Part shown: positions 9,490 to 20,632 of the stretch, one piece after another
Numbering within the stretch: position 1 is the first letter of the stretch
Layout: the number at the start of each line of letters is the position of its first letter
Sequence record: SRR2962707_1578
Length of the DNA stretch: 64,000 bases
Reading direction: 5' to 3' (one strand)
Translations under genes and position numbers: made by a program
The notes under the pieces: model-generated
Seen by the model: only the letters and a program-made list of their open reading frames with translations
The model's database searches: none
Told to the model about the DNA's origin: nothing

Positions 9490-10494
9490 TTACGCAAGTT
9501 CAGCAAGGCGAATGCATGCCGCTTGGTGTTGGTCTGATAGCTTTTCGAGAACCGGTTTTTGCTGGGTACATTCTTCATTCGCATGCGGACAGCGAGTACG
9601 AAAGACACAGCCTGATGGTGGATTGATCGGGGAGGGGAGGTCGCCGAGAAGGAGTTGGATCTTTTTGTTTCTCTCATGCTTAGGGTCTGGCACTGGCACG
9701 GCAGATAACAAGGCCTGGGTGTATGGATGACGAGGGTTATCATACAGAGCATGTTTGCTTGCCAATTCGACTGCGTTGCCAAGATACATCACAAGAACAC
9801 GGTCTGATATGTGTTTTACGACACTCAAATCATGAGCGATAAAGACCAAGGACAAACTCATTTCTGCTTGGAGCTCTTTAAGCAAATTTACGACCTGCGC
9901 CTGAATAGACACATCCAATGCCGACACGGGTTCGTCACAGACCACCAATTTGGGTTTGAGAATCAAAGCGCGAGCAATGCCGATGCGTTGGCACTGGCCG
10001 CCAGAGAACTCATGAGGGTAGCGGTTAATGACATTGGGCAATAAGCCAACACGGTCCATGATAGCGCGTACCTGATCTTTCACTTCCTGCTTGGACAGAT
10101 GAGGCTTAAAGGTGCGTAATGGCTCTGCAATGATGTCACCGACTGTCATGCGTGGGTTCAATGACGCCAACGGATCTTGGAAGATCATTTGCAGTTCTTG
10201 GCGTTTGTCGCGCATTTGTTTTTTGTCGAGGTCGGTTAGGTCTTGTCCTAGCCAAACAACATGACCTTCGGTAATCGGCACAAGGCGCAATAACGCGCGT
10301 GCTAGCGTGGATTTACCACAGCCTGATTCGCCTACGACGCCTAGGGTTTCGCCTTCAAAAATGGTCAAGTCGACACCATCGACGGCTTTTAACGTTTGGC
10401 CTTTTTGCCACGGCCATGCGTTATCAGATTTGACATTAAAATGGACTTTTAGATCTTCTACTTTCATCAATACAGTGTTGGTTGCGTTATTCAT
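9490..10494 (-). CDS. oppF: Oligopeptide ABC transporter ATP-binding protein
   Basis: [18 protein letters not shown]-terminal [15 protein letters not shown] overlap with the oppD stop at 10491-10494. Confidence 0.93.
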   Translation of the reverse strand: MNNATNTVLMKVEDLKVHFNVKSDNAWPWQKGQTLKAVDGVDLTIFEGETLGVVGESGCGKSTLARALLRLVPITEGHVVWLGQDLTDLDKKQMRDKRQELQMIFQDPLASLNPRMTVGDIIAEPLRTFKPHLSKQEVKDQVRAIMDRVGLLPNVINRYPHEFSGGQCQRIGIARALILKPKLVVCDEPVSALDVSIQAQVVNLLKELQAEMSLSLVFIAHDLSVVKHISDRVLVMYLGNAVELASKHALYDNPRHPYTQALLSAVPVPDPKHERNKKIQLLLGDLPSPINPPSGCVFRTRCPHANEECTQQKPVLEKLSDQHQAACIRLAELA

Positions 10495-11501
10495 ACAGCC
10501 TGCTCCCAATGAATCGGTTTATGACAAGCGCGCAATTTTCCTGCTTGGTACTCTTCTAGCGAGGGTGCTTCTTTACGGCAGCGGTCCTCTGCGTGCTGGC
10601 AGCGTTCTTGGAATGGACAACCAGTGGGTAGGTTTAATAAATTGGGTGGGTTGCCTGCGATGGTGGCCAACGTGCCCTCATTGCTATCGAGACGAGGAAT
10701 CGCCTCTAATAAGCCTTGCGTATAAGGGTGAGTCGGATGGTAGAAAATATCGTCTGTTAGGCCATACTCCATGGTACGACCCGCGTACATCACCAGTACC
10801 TTGTCGCAGAGCCCAGCCACCACACCTAAATCGTGGGTGATCATAATAATGGAGGTATCGAACTCCGCTTTCAGTTCATTTAAGAGCGTCAAAATCTGCG
10901 CCTGTACTGTTACATCAAGCGCCGTTGTTGGTTCATCGGCGATGAGCAATTTCGGCTGGCATAATAGCGCCATTGCTATCATTACTCGTTGGCGCATGCC
11001 GCCTGAAAACTCATGAGGATACATCTTCATCCGCTTACGGGCTTCTGGCATCTTGACCGCGTCGAGCATCTTCACAGACGCCTCAAACGCATCGGCTTTG
11101 CTCATGCCTTTGTGCAAAATCAGCACTTCCATTAATTGCTGACCGACTTTCATGTAAGGGTTTAATGACGTCATAGGATCTTGGAAAATCATCGCAATTT
11201 TTTCCGAACGGATCTTATTCATTGCCTTTTCATTTAGGCTAAGAATGTTCTGTCCTTCAAAGCGAGCTTCGCCTTCGATTAGGCCATTACCGGCGAGCAA
11301 CCCCATGAGTGCAAAGGCGGTTTGGCTTTTGCCTGAACCGGATTCACCAACGATGCCAAGTGTTTCGCCTTGAGCGAGATTGAAATTAAGGTCGTTGACG
11401 GCGGTTACTTGGCCATCTGGCGTAGTGAAATTGACCCTCAGATGGTCGACTTCTAGAATGTTGTTGGTCGCCTGTTTGGGCGTATTGTTCAAGGATGTCA
11501 T
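10491..11501 (-). CDS. oppD: Oligopeptide ABC transporter ATP-binding protein
   Basis: [17 protein letters not shown] and [10 protein letters not shown]. Confidence 0.93.
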   Translation of the reverse strand: MTSLNNTPKQATNNILEVDHLRVNFTTPDGQVTAVNDLNFNLAQGETLGIVGESGSGKSQTAFALMGLLAGNGLIEGEARFEGQNILSLNEKAMNKIRSEKIAMIFQDPMTSLNPYMKVGQQLMEVLILHKGMSKADAFEASVKMLDAVKMPEARKRMKMYPHEFSGGMRQRVMIAMALLCQPKLLIADEPTTALDVTVQAQILTLLNELKAEFDTSIIMITHDLGVVAGLCDKVLVMYAGRTMEYGLTDDIFYHPTHPYTQGLLEAIPRLDSNEGTLATIAGNPPNLLNLPTGCPFQERCQHAEDRCRKEAPSLEEYQAGKLRACHKPIHWEQAV

Positions 11502-11510
11502 GGTCGCCTC

Positions 11511-12437
11511 CTAGCGGTCTTTTGGATCTAGAGCGTCGCGTAAACCGTCGCCTAGGAAGTTAAAACAAAACAGGGTGACGACCAAAAAGGCCAAGGGCCA
11601 AGCTAGCTGCCAAACAGCAATCTCCATGTTTGGAGCGCCTTCTGAAATCAAGGCTCCCCAGCTTGTCATTGGCTCTTGTACGCCAAGCCCTAAGAAACTG
11701 ATAAAGGATTCTAGGAGAATCATATTTGGCACCAATAAGGTCGCGTAAATGATCACCACGCCCAGCACATTTGGCACGATATGACGCAAAATGATTTTAG
11801 GTGTGGAGACACCACAAGCGTAAGCGGCTTCAATGTATTCCTTGTTTTTTAAACTTAAGGTTTGGCCGCGAACGATCCTCGCCATGTCTAACCAAGAAAC
11901 GGCGCCAATGGCGACGAAGATCAATAAAATATGACGACCGAATACCGTCATCATAATGATCACGAAAAACATAAAAGGAAACGAGTTAAGGATTTCAAGA
12001 AAACGCATCATCACACTGTCTACGCGGCCGCCCATATAGCCAGATGTGGCGCCATATAGAGTGCCAATGACGATGGCGACAAAGCTGCCGAGCACCCCGA
12101 CCATTAAGGATATTTGACCGCCTTGCATGGTGCGTACGAAGATATCTCGGCCTAGTGGGTCGGTGCCAAAATAATGCCCTGAGGCGATGCTAGGGCTGCC
12201 TAATGTTGAGATATCTGAGAGGGCTTCCCAGTCGATATCAGCGTAATTCCATTGGCTTAATATAGGGCCAAAGATGGACAATCCGGCGATTATCGACAGT
12301 ATGATTAAGCTAATTACCGCGGCTTTATTACTGAAAAAACGACGTCGAGCATCCTGCCATAAGCTGCGGCCTTCTACTTCGACAACCTGCTCGGCGAATT
12401 GGGTTACGGCCGTTATATTTTCTTTATTTGTTATCAT
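11511..12437 (-). CDS. oppC: Oligopeptide ABC transporter permease
   Basis: GRSLWQDARRRF, FGTDPLGRD, EAA loop and C-terminal DGLRDALDPKDR. Confidence 0.93.
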   Translation of the reverse strand: MITNKENITAVTQFAEQVVEVEGRSLWQDARRRFFSNKAAVISLIILSIIAGLSIFGPILSQWNYADIDWEALSDISTLGSPSIASGHYFGTDPLGRDIFVRTMQGGQISLMVGVLGSFVAIVIGTLYGATSGYMGGRVDSVMMRFLEILNSFPFMFFVIIMMTVFGRHILLIFVAIGAVSWLDMARIVRGQTLSLKNKEYIEAAYACGVSTPKIILRHIVPNVLGVVIIYATLLVPNMILLESFISFLGLGVQEPMTSWGALISEGAPNMEIAVWQLAWPLAFLVVTLFCFNFLGDGLRDALDPKDR

Positions 12438-12448
12438 GGTGACGTGCT

Positions 12449-13369
12449 CTAGTAACGAATTTTTGGGTCAATGAAGACATAAACGATGTCGACAATGGCG
12501 TTAAAAAGAATGGTCAACGTGCCGATCAAAATGGTGATGCCCATGACCATAGAGTAATCACGATTGATCGCACCATTTACGAAATGCTGGCCAATGCCCC
12601 CGGTACCAAAAAACTGATCCACCACCACGGAGCCGGTGATAATGCCGACAAAAGCCGGGCCTAGATAAGACACCACAGGCAGCATCGCTGGGCGCAGTGC
12701 ATGACGAATAATAATGTGCGACTTCGGCAGGCCTTTTGCTCTGGCGGTACGGATGAAGTTGGAATGCATGGTTTCTATCATGCTGCCGCGAGTGATACGG
12801 GCAATTTGTGCAATGTAGCTGGTGGACATGGCAATAACAGGCATGATCAAGTAAGGCCAAGCTCCGCCATTCCAACCACCGGCTGGCAACCAGTGATAAT
12901 GAATGGAGAAAAAGAGAATGCACAAGGGGGCAATCACAAAGTTTGGCAGTACCATGCCGATGTTGGCAAAGGCCATCACTCCATAGTCGAGCAAAGAGTT
13001 TTGACGCAATGCGGCAAACACACCACATAACACACCGATAGAGACAGCAACGACAAAAGACCAAAAGCCGATTTCAGCAGAGACTGGAAAGCTTTGTGCG
13101 ACCAATTGGTTGATGGTGAAGTCGGTGAAACGAAAGGAATACCCTAAGTTGCCGTGCAGCAGATCCCAAAGGTAATGAAAATATTGACTCATTAGGGATT
13201 CATTCATGTGGTACTTGGCTTGCAAATTTGCCAACACGGCGGGCGGCACACCACGCTCTGAGGTAAACGGGCTGCCCGGAGCAAAGTGCATTAAAAAGAA
13301 CGAAAGAGTCACTAAAGCAAGCAGCGTAGGAATCGCTTCAAGCAAGCGCTTAATAATAAATCTGAGCAT
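12449..13369 (-). CDS. oppB: Oligopeptide ABC transporter permease
   Basis: APGSPF, FIRTARAKGL and C-terminal DPKIRY. Confidence 0.93.
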   Translation of the reverse strand: MLRFIIKRLLEAIPTLLALVTLSFFLMHFAPGSPFTSERGVPPAVLANLQAKYHMNESLMSQYFHYLWDLLHGNLGYSFRFTDFTINQLVAQSFPVSAEIGFWSFVVAVSIGVLCGVFAALRQNSLLDYGVMAFANIGMVLPNFVIAPLCILFFSIHYHWLPAGGWNGGAWPYLIMPVIAMSTSYIAQIARITRGSMIETMHSNFIRTARAKGLPKSHIIIRHALRPAMLPVVSYLGPAFVGIITGSVVVDQFFGTGGIGQHFVNGAINRDYSMVMGITILIGTLTILFNAIVDIVYVFIDPKIRY

Positions 13370-13472
13370 AAAAAACACCTGATTAGGTCGCCGCTAGGCG
13401 GCTAATACTAGGAACCGTTAATTGGGAGTAAATACCCAGCGCATGACTGCGCTGGGAGAGGTCGAAGCAATC

Positions 13473-15095
13473 TTAATGGGCGATGATGTACATATCGCGA
13501 GTGTAGATATTGTCTTCAAGGTTGGGTTTGTAACCGCCGACGTAGGTTTTCACTAGGCGTTTGATTGAGTATTGGTAAATAGGCGCAACGGCCATGTCTT
13601 TATCAATCACTAAATCTTCTGCTTTTTGATAGAAGGGCGCAGGGTCCTTCGCTTTGGCCGCTTGTGCCATATAACCATCGTATTCTGGGTTGTTGTAATG
13701 GGCGTTGTTACTGGTATTGGTAGATTTAAACAAATCCAAGAAAGTAGAGGCTTCGTTGTAATCACCTACCCAACCATCACGCGCTACGCCAAAGTTGCCT
13801 AGGTTACGAGTGTCGATGAAGGTTTTCCATTCTTGGTTTTCAAGTGTAGCGTTGACTCCCAAGGTTTTTTTCCACATGGACGCCACCGCGATGGCAATTT
13901 TCTTATGGCCATCGTTGGTGTTGTACAGCAAGGTGAAATCAAGTGGGTTGTTCTTATCGTAACCGGCTTCTTTCAGTAGTTCTTTTGCTTTTGCATTACG
14001 TTCAGCTTGTGTCCACTTCGCGTATTCAGGCTGTTTTGCTTTAAAACCATCAACAGAAGGAGGCGTAAATGTATAGGCTGGGATCTCCCCAACGCCAGTG
14101 ACGTATTTGGTGATGATAGTACGGTCGATCGCGTAAGAAAGCGCTTTACGGACTCGAACATCATCAAAAGGCGGTTTTTGGTTGTTAAAGTCGTAGTAGT
14201 AGGCCGCTAATTGCGGTGTGACTTTTACTTCGTCCGGCGTGGTTTTCAATAACTCTTTGTAGCGGTTAGTCGGAATACCTGAAAAAGAGGTAACATCCAA
14301 ATCCCCAGCTTGGTAACGGCTGAACTCGACGGTTGAATCTTTAATCGGTAAGACAGTCACCTTGTTAATAATGGTTTTTTTGTCGTTCCAGTAATCATGG
14401 TTACGGACAAACACCATTTTCTCATTAACAATCCAAGTGTCTAACTTGTAAGCGCCGTTGCTGACCAAGTTGCCTGGTTTCGTCCAGTTGTCACCAAATT
14501 TTTCAATGGCTTTTTTGGGCGCTGGGTACATGGCCGAGTTCACGGTCATTTTAACGAAGTAAGGTACTGGATGATCTAGAGTGACTTGGAAAGTGTATTT
14601 ATCCAGTGCTTTAACCCCCATGTCAGCCGGTTTAGCCTTACCGTCAATGATGTTTTGTGCATTAATGATACCAGCAAGGGCCGCGTACCAAGAGTAAACA
14701 GAGGCGGTTTTTGGGTCGACAAGGCGCTGGAAGCCATACACAAAGTCATTGGCTGTGACTGGGGTGCCGTCAGACCATTTTGCATCGTGACGTAAGTTAA
14801 AAGTGTAAACGGTATTGTCGTCATTTACCGTATAGCCTGTGGCCACGCCAGGTACTAGCTTGCCACCTTCGCCTTCACTGTAAAGTCCTTCAAAAAGATC
14901 TTTAGCGCGAAGAGAACCAGGCGTTCCTTGGATCTTCTGCGGATCTAGTGTCGCTGGTTCTCCTTCACCGCCTTTTACTAATTCTTGTTTGTCCGCTAGC
15001 TTTACACCCGCCGGCACATCGGCTGCGTGTACCTGCATAGCGGTAAACGATGCTGCGATAACCGCACTCGCAAGTAACGTTTTTGTCATTTTCAT
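13473..15095 (-). CDS. oppA: Oligopeptide ABC transporter substrate-binding protein
   Basis: Signal peptide and family-5 SBP motifs (EPATLDP, KWSDGTPVTANDF, LENQEWKTF). Confidence 0.93.
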   Translation of the reverse strand: MKMTKTLLASAVIAASFTAMQVHAADVPAGVKLADKQELVKGGEGEPATLDPQKIQGTPGSLRAKDLFEGLYSEGEGGKLVPGVATGYTVNDDNTVYTFNLRHDAKWSDGTPVTANDFVYGFQRLVDPKTASVYSWYAALAGIINAQNIIDGKAKPADMGVKALDKYTFQVTLDHPVPYFVKMTVNSAMYPAPKKAIEKFGDNWTKPGNLVSNGAYKLDTWIVNEKMVFVRNHDYWNDKKTIINKVTVLPIKDSTVEFSRYQAGDLDVTSFSGIPTNRYKELLKTTPDEVKVTPQLAAYYYDFNNQKPPFDDVRVRKALSYAIDRTIITKYVTGVGEIPAYTFTPPSVDGFKAKQPEYAKWTQAERNAKAKELLKEAGYDKNNPLDFTLLYNTNDGHKKIAIAVASMWKKTLGVNATLENQEWKTFIDTRNLGNFGVARDGWVGDYNEASTFLDLFKSTNTSNNAHYNNPEYDGYMAQAAKAKDPAPFYQKAEDLVIDKDMAVAPIYQYSIKRLVKTYVGGYKPNLEDNIYTRDMYIIAH

Positions 15096-15398
15096 AGTGT
15101 TCCCTTCGTAGTTAACTTTTGTTTATGTATTTTTATAATGGCAGCCGTGCATCGCATGGCATTAAGCGACCGCTGAGCTTTCATAGTTCATCAATTTACA
15201 AAAGGTCACAATCGAAATTCCGCATCAAGCTATGCGTCAAATAAACGCTGGGGATAAAATCGACCTTGTTTAAGCCGGTTAAAAAGACGCTTTTCAAGCG
15301 GCTTAAGGGGGAAATAGCGGCGTGTCATCTGGATAGTCGAGACTCTGTATGGAGCCCATGATAAGCGCGTGTTACTCTCTGAGGATTGATGATAAAAA

Positions 15399-16202
15399 TT
15401 GACTAAATTTAAGGTAGGAAGAGTGATTACACAGCCATTTAAGGCCGCAGGTGCGTTTTTGAAAGCATTACCTTTGGCCGTTTCACCTGGGTTGAGAATA
15501 TTTATTGTGGTGCCCTTGTTAGCAAACTTTGCCTTAATGGCTCTGCTTTACATGGTGGCATTGAGTTATTTCAATGATCTGATTACCATCGCGATGGATT
15601 ATCTACCCGGTTGGCTGGCCTTTTTGCACTGGTTGTTCTATCTGATTTTTGCCGCCATTATCACAGTGTTACTGTTTTACAGCTTCTCGGTTGGTATCAA
15701 CATCTTGGCCGCGCCTTTTATGGCGTTTCTTGCCGAGAAAGTGGAAGAGCGTCAAACCGGAAAAGTATTCGATGAGGCGCTTAATGCCAAAGCCATATTG
15801 GTGATGACGGGACGAACGTTACAGCGTGAACTGCAAAAAATACTGTATTTCTTACCGCGTTTTATTTTACTGCTGATGCTGTCATTTATTCCCCTCGTCA
15901 ATGTTGTTGCGCCTGTCTTGCTCTTACTCTTTTCTGCTTGGATGCTATCGTTGCAATATATGGATTATGCCTTTGATAACAATAAGGTAGCCTTTCACGA
16001 TATGCGTCAGATGTTGCGCACTAAACCTTTGTTATGTTGGACATTCGGTGGCATCGTTATGGTGTGTCTAACGATACCTTTGCTTAACTTATTTGTGATG
16101 CCGATTGCGGTGGTTGCCGCGACTTTATTGTGGATTTCGGTATTTAGACCACAACACGGAGATGTGTCTTCGTTAGTGGGCCGTACGAGTGGACTTTTAT
16201 AA
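15399..16202 (+). CDS. cysZ: CysZ / EI24-domain membrane protein
   Basis: VPLLAN, ILAAPFMAFLAEKVE, LQYMDY and IPLLNLFVMPIAVVAAT. The true start may be the GTG at 15423. Confidence 0.85.
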   Translation: MTKFKVGRVITQPFKAAGAFLKALPLAVSPGLRIFIVVPLLANFALMALLYMVALSYFNDLITIAMDYLPGWLAFLHWLFYLIFAAIITVLLFYSFSVGINILAAPFMAFLAEKVEERQTGKVFDEALNAKAILVMTGRTLQRELQKILYFLPRFILLLMLSFIPLVNVVAPVLLLLFSAWMLSLQYMDYAFDNNKVAFHDMRQMLRTKPLLCWTFGGIVMVCLTIPLLNLFVMPIAVVAATLLWISVFRPQHGDVSSLVGRTSGLL

Positions 16203-17056
16203 TGTCGATAAAAATTCTTGTCGTGGATGACGCGTCCTTTACCCGTGATTTGATCAAACGAACAATACGCCAGCAATTCCCTGCGTCTGTTGTGGAAGAA
16301 GCCGTAAATGGCCGAAAAGCTCAGAAAATGCTTGAAAAAAGCCAATTTGACATGATTTTGTGTGATTGGGAAATGCCGGAAATGACGGGTGTTGAACTGC
16401 TCAAATGGTGTCGTGAGCAGGCAAATTATAAAAAGGAAGATATCCCTTTTATTATGATTACCAGTCGTGGCGATAAAAGTAATGTGGTGGAAGCGGTGCA
16501 ATCCGGGGTTACGGATTATTTAGGCAAGCCATTTTCGAGCGAACAGCTGGTTAATAAAATTTTAAGCGCGTCCAAAAAACATAAAATGGAAAGTAAGCTT
16601 GCTGCCGAAAAGCCTCGAAATGCAGCGAATGCGGCAGGGCAAGGTGGTGTTGCGGCGGCTTCGATCGATGTCCTAATGGGAGCTGGCAAATCGACTCGGC
16701 CAGTACAGGCGACGAAATTTACTCATCCGGCAGCGACGGCTGTCACGAGTAAAGACGTGAAAATACCGACCATGGTGAGATTTGAAGAGAAGCAATTTCG
16801 CTGCATGGTCATTCAGCTGAGTAAACAGGATGTGACTATTCTGATTAAGAGCGATGATGTGGTGCCTCAGGTACTAGGGCAGGCGGTATTAGATTTAGAG
16901 CTAGCTGGCCAAGTGAACCGGCTGAATTACTATATTCAATCGGTGGCCACGACAGAAAAGAAACACGACTCCACTTTTCTTACCGTGATCTTAGGGCTTA
17001 TTGATCAAGATGCAGAAAAAGAGGCGTTTATTGGTAAGTTATTTAATCACTTCTAA
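16202..17056 (+). CDS. Response regulator (CheY-like REC plus C-terminal beta-rich domain)
   Basis: ILVVDD, CDWEMP, ITSR and GKPF. Convergent with phoR and overlaps the cysZ stop. Confidence 0.85.
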   Translation: MSIKILVVDDASFTRDLIKRTIRQQFPASVVEEAVNGRKAQKMLEKSQFDMILCDWEMPEMTGVELLKWCREQANYKKEDIPFIMITSRGDKSNVVEAVQSGVTDYLGKPFSSEQLVNKILSASKKHKMESKLAAEKPRNAANAAGQGGVAAASIDVLMGAGKSTRPVQATKFTHPAATAVTSKDVKIPTMVRFEEKQFRCMVIQLSKQDVTILIKSDDVVPQVLGQAVLDLELAGQVNRLNYYIQSVATTEKKHDSTFLTVILGLIDQDAEKEAFIGKLFNHF

Positions 17057-17072
17057 GCGTTCATCGTATTAG

Positions 17073-17105
17073 AAAATGGCTCGCTTTTTAGCGGGCCATT
17101 TTTTT
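17073..17105. terminator. Bidirectional intrinsic terminator
   Basis: AAAATGGCTCGC-TTTTTA-GCGGGCCATTTTTTT between convergent genes. Confidence 0.8.
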
Positions 17106-18441
17106 ATTCTTCGGATATCGGGGCGCTAGAAACGGAGACAGAAGGGATGCTGTCACTGCGTACTCGGCTTGCAGGGAAATGACATGAGAAGACGCTGCCC
17201 TGATTCAAATCACTGCGGATTTGTAATTTCGCATCATGATGCATGAGCACATGTTTAACGATGGCGAGTCCGAGGCCTGTTCCTCCTGTTTTAGAGCTAC
17301 GTCCCTTGTCGACACGAAAGAAGCGCTCAGTAAGGCGTGGTATGTGTCTTGGGTCAATGCCTAAGCCATTGTCTTTCACAGAGAAGACACCGTTAAACTC
17401 ACTCGACTCCCATGTCACGACAATCTCTCCGCCATCAGGTGAGTACTTAATGGCATTCACAACTAGGTTAGAGAAAGCGCTATAGAGCTCATTATAGGAG
17501 CCATAGATGCGATCATTAGTGGTGATCTCAAAACGTATCTGATGTTTCTCTGAAAGAATCGGAGTGGCCATTTTTTGGATGGCTGACGAGAAATCTTGCA
17601 TGGCATGCCACTGATCTTCTTCGCGTTTTTCGTTACTTTCCAACCGAGATAGCAACAATAGGTCTTCGATTAAGTGTTCCATTCGAACCGACTGATCAGA
17701 CATGTTTACTATGCCTTTTTGCATGCTAGGAGGCAGGTTTTCCTTGAACATGTCTAGGGTCTCTAAGTAGCCCTTGATTACGGTAAGAGGGGTTTTTAGT
17801 TCGTGAGAAGCGTTGGCAACGAAATCTTTGCGCATTTGTTCTAGCAAGTGAAGTCGGGTCACATCGCGGACAAAAATGAGATGGTCATTCTTATCATAGA
17901 GCGTGGTTTGAATTTCCAAATACACCCCTTCTTTCGCAGGGGACTTGATGATCAGCGGTTCCCCAAAACGCTTCTGTGTGAAGTAACGAAAAAAGCTGGG
18001 GTTGCGCATAATATTGGTAATGGCTTGGCCACGGTCAACCGGTCGCATGAGGCCAAAAAAATGGCCGGCGGAATTGTTCCACCATTCCAGATTTCCCTCG
18101 CTGTCTGCCATGATGACGCCTTCTTTTAGCGCCGCGGTAGAATGCTCGATTCTGGTTAATGCTTGCTGCATACGACGCTTAGATTTGCGTTGTTTTTTCT
18201 GCAAGCGATAGACGGCATCAAAGATATCCCCCCAGATACCAGATGCTTCCGGCGGTGGTGCTTTGCCGGAATAGCGTAACCAGTTATGGAATTGGTAAAG
18301 CTGATAAAGTTGGTGATAAAGAGAGCCAAGCAGATAGATTAAGACAACAAGAAAAGTCTGCTTAATAATTAACCCGATAACGACACAGGCCGCTAGCCCA
18401 AGTAGCCAGCGGATAATAGATTGTCGCCAAATGGTTTTCAT
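17104..18441 (-). CDS. phoR: Phosphate regulon sensor kinase
   Basis: PAS domain, DFVANASHELKTPLTV, RLTERFFRVD and GGTGLGLAIVKH. Follows phoB. Confidence 0.96.
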   Translation of the reverse strand: MKTIWRQSIIRWLLGLAACVVIGLIIKQTFLVVLIYLLGSLYHQLYQLYQFHNWLRYSGKAPPPEASGIWGDIFDAVYRLQKKQRKSKRRMQQALTRIEHSTAALKEGVIMADSEGNLEWWNNSAGHFFGLMRPVDRGQAITNIMRNPSFFRYFTQKRFGEPLIIKSPAKEGVYLEIQTTLYDKNDHLIFVRDVTRLHLLEQMRKDFVANASHELKTPLTVIKGYLETLDMFKENLPPSMQKGIVNMSDQSVRMEHLIEDLLLLSRLESNEKREEDQWHAMQDFSSAIQKMATPILSEKHQIRFEITTNDRIYGSYNELYSAFSNLVVNAIKYSPDGGEIVVTWESSEFNGVFSVKDNGLGIDPRHIPRLTERFFRVDKGRSSKTGGTGLGLAIVKHVLMHHDAKLQIRSDLNQGSVFSCHFPASRVRSDSIPSVSVSSAPISEE

Positions 18442-18444
18442 ATG

Positions 18445-19155
18445 TTATGCGGTCCGTTTAGCTGAGAATCGGTAGCCCGTGCCTCGGACTGTTTGAATTA
18501 ACGAGTCGTGGTCTGTGCCAATGGCTTTACGGAGACGACGAATATGAACATCAACGGTTCTTTCTTCAACATAAACATTACCGCCCCATACTTGGTCGAG
18601 CAACTGCGCTCTGGAGTAGGCTCTTTCTTGATGCGTCATGAGGAACTTAAGCAAACGGTATTCGGTTGGTCCCATGTCTAAGGGCGTGCTGCCAATGGTG
18701 ACTCGTTGACTAATTGGGTCAAGCACCAAACCATCAATTTCAATCGGTTCATCAACCCCTTGTGGCGTTGCTCTGCGTAACACGGCTTTTAAGCGAGCGA
18801 CCAGTTCACGAGGTGAAAAAGGTTTGGTGATGTAGTCATCCGCACCGACTTCTAAACCTTGAATCTTATTGTCTTCTTCGCTTTTCGCGGTCAATAAAAT
18901 AACGGGGATTTCCGCTGTGGTGCTGTCTTTTTTTAAGCGTCGAGTCAGCTCAATTCCGCTACCGCCTGGCATCATCCAGTCACAGAGAATTAAGTCTGGT
19001 CTATGGTCCACAATAATTTCATGGGCTTGTTGGCTATTTTCGGCTTCCATGTATTCGTACCCAGCCATTTCTAGGGCAACCGCGATCATTTCGCGAATGG
19101 AAGACTCATCATCAATGATTAATACTTTTTTACCGGTCACAGGATTCACCCTCAT
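18445..19155 (-). CDS. phoB: Phosphate regulon response regulator
   Basis: DWMMPGGSG, VWGGNVYVEERTVDVHIRRLRK and QTVRGTGYRFS. The true start may be the GTG at 19140. Confidence 0.97.
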   Translation of the reverse strand: MRVNPVTGKKVLIIDDESSIREMIAVALEMAGYEYMEAENSQQAHEIIVDHRPDLILCDWMMPGGSGIELTRRLKKDSTTAEIPVILLTAKSEEDNKIQGLEVGADDYITKPFSPRELVARLKAVLRRATPQGVDEPIEIDGLVLDPISQRVTIGSTPLDMGPTEYRLLKFLMTHQERAYSRAQLLDQVWGGNVYVEERTVDVHIRRLRKAIGTDHDSLIQTVRGTGYRFSAKRTA

Positions 19156-19186
19156 CTCAGGAACGGTTTTATTTAATCCGCAAAAT

Positions 19187-19204
19187 GTGACAATTAGGTT
19201 ACAT
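19187..19204 (-). promoter_or_regulatory. Pho box upstream of phoB (autoregulation)
   Basis: Minus strand ATGTAAC-CTAA-TTGTCAC, followed 10 bp later by TTAAAT. Confidence 0.7.
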
Positions 19205-19223
19205 TGTCACATGTTTGCCATAT

Positions 19224-20078
19224 TTAAACCAAATAACTGACGGCCAAGCCGATGAAAATACAATATCCGATGCGATTATTGTCTAAAAATGCATGGAAAC
19301 AAGGTAGGCGTTCTCTGCCTTTCGCTTTGTTAAACTGCATGTAAAACAAAACAATAGCAACCAAAATGGACAAAAAGTACGGCCATTGTAAATGCGAAAG
19401 CACCCCAATCCACAGTAGCAGAGATAGGGTCAATGCTTGCAAACAAAGGATTACCAACAGATCGTATTGTGCGAAGAGAATGGCAGTTGATTTAACGCCA
19501 ATCTTGAGATCATCAGGGCGATCCGTCATGGCATAGTAGGTGTCGTAGGCGATGGTCCACAGGCAATTCGCTAAAAACAGCATCCATAGTTGAGGGTCTA
19601 GTAAATCACCTCCTTGCGCGCTGTAAGCCATTGGAATAGCCCAAGAGAATGCGAGCCCCAGAAACAGCTGAGGAAGGTGCGTGTAGCGCTTCATAAAAGG
19701 GTATAACGCCGCGAGACCAAGGCCGACAAACGACAAAAGAATCGTACGCAGGTCGGTAAATAACACCAGCACAAAGCTTAATACAACCAAGGCCGCGAAT
19801 AGCCCTAATGCTTCTCTCTCACTGACGCGCCCTGATGGAAGAGGGCGATTTTTAGTGCGATCAACATGGCCATCAATTTTGCGGTCGGCGTAGTCATTAA
19901 TAACGCAACCCGCGGAACGCATACTAAAAACGCCCAAGACAAAGATCACCACCAATTGCCACTGGGGCCAACCATCGGCCGCTAACCAAAGTGCCCAGAG
20001 TGTTGGCCACATTAATAATAACGATCCAATTGGGCGATTAAAGCGAGTTAGATCAGCGTAATCGTGTAGTTTACTCAT
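19224..20078 (-). CDS. ubiA: 4-hydroxybenzoate octaprenyltransferase
   Basis: RPIGSLLL, NDYADRKID, YDTYYAMTDRPDD and GVKSTA. Confidence 0.96.
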   Translation of the reverse strand: MSKLHDYADLTRFNRPIGSLLLMWPTLWALWLAADGWPQWQLVVIFVLGVFSMRSAGCVINDYADRKIDGHVDRTKNRPLPSGRVSEREALGLFAALVVLSFVLVLFTDLRTILLSFVGLGLAALYPFMKRYTHLPQLFLGLAFSWAIPMAYSAQGGDLLDPQLWMLFLANCLWTIAYDTYYAMTDRPDDLKIGVKSTAILFAQYDLLVILCLQALTLSLLLWIGVLSHLQWPYFLSILVAIVLFYMQFNKAKGRERLPCFHAFLDNNRIGYCIFIGLAVSYLV

Positions 20079-20632
20079 AGAGGTCTCAGAATAGGCTTGA
20101 TGTCGAGAATAGTATCAAAGAAAGCTTCGTTAACTAATATACCTGGTCCATATTGTTGAAAGACGGAGCGTCTAGCCCAGATTTTTTTATTCACGTCTGG
20201 GAATAAGCAGGCCGGTAATTCAGCGATTTCAATGGTGCTGCGAGATAAGTTGCGATGACGAAATAAATACCCGCCAAGCGGTTTTTCTTTTAGTTGGCTG
20301 ACTCTACGCCAGTGACCTCGAAGCGATTGTGCTGGAATGATCGAGCGGCCATAAATCACAGCTTCGCCATTAAACTTCAGGAGCACGGTGCGAATACGAG
20401 CGGCATGCCGAGGAGAGAGCCCCAACTTTCTTCTTTCTCTTTGGGTTGGCTTGCCCCAGCTGTCCTCTAATATTTCTACGCTCAAGGTTCCCGCTTGTTG
20501 TAACTTCTTAGTCAATGAGGCCGCAGTGGAAAGCCAAGGCCATAAATCCGCTGGGATTTTTGCTTTGTTCACTCTGTGTATAGGGTGCCAGCGGTAATCT
20601 AATTGCTGTGCAATGGTATGGTTGATCTGCAT
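20075..20632 (-). CDS. ubiC: Chorismate pyruvate-lyase
   Basis: SLTKKL, KPLGGYLF, WARRSVF and LVNEAF. Overlaps the ubiA start. Confidence 0.9.
   Translation of the reverse strand: MQINHTIAQQLDYRWHPIHRVNKAKIPADLWPWLSTAASLTKKLQQAGTLSVEILEDSWGKPTQRERRKLGLSPRHAARIRTVLLKFNGEAVIYGRSIIPAQSLRGHWRRVSQLKEKPLGGYLFRHRNLSRSTIEIAELPACLFPDVNKKIWARRSVFQQYGPGILVNEAFFDTILDIKPILRPL

Noticed and set aside
13435..13456. GC-rich hairpins after the SBP genes oppA, aapJ (about 25139-25163) and the sugar SBP (about 57855-57877) as a REP family
   Set aside because: The three sequences are unrelated. They fit ordinary mRNA-stabilising hairpins in ABC operons.
19186..19211. CRP site (TGTGA...TCACA)
   Set aside because: The spacer is 16 bp rather than 6 bp.
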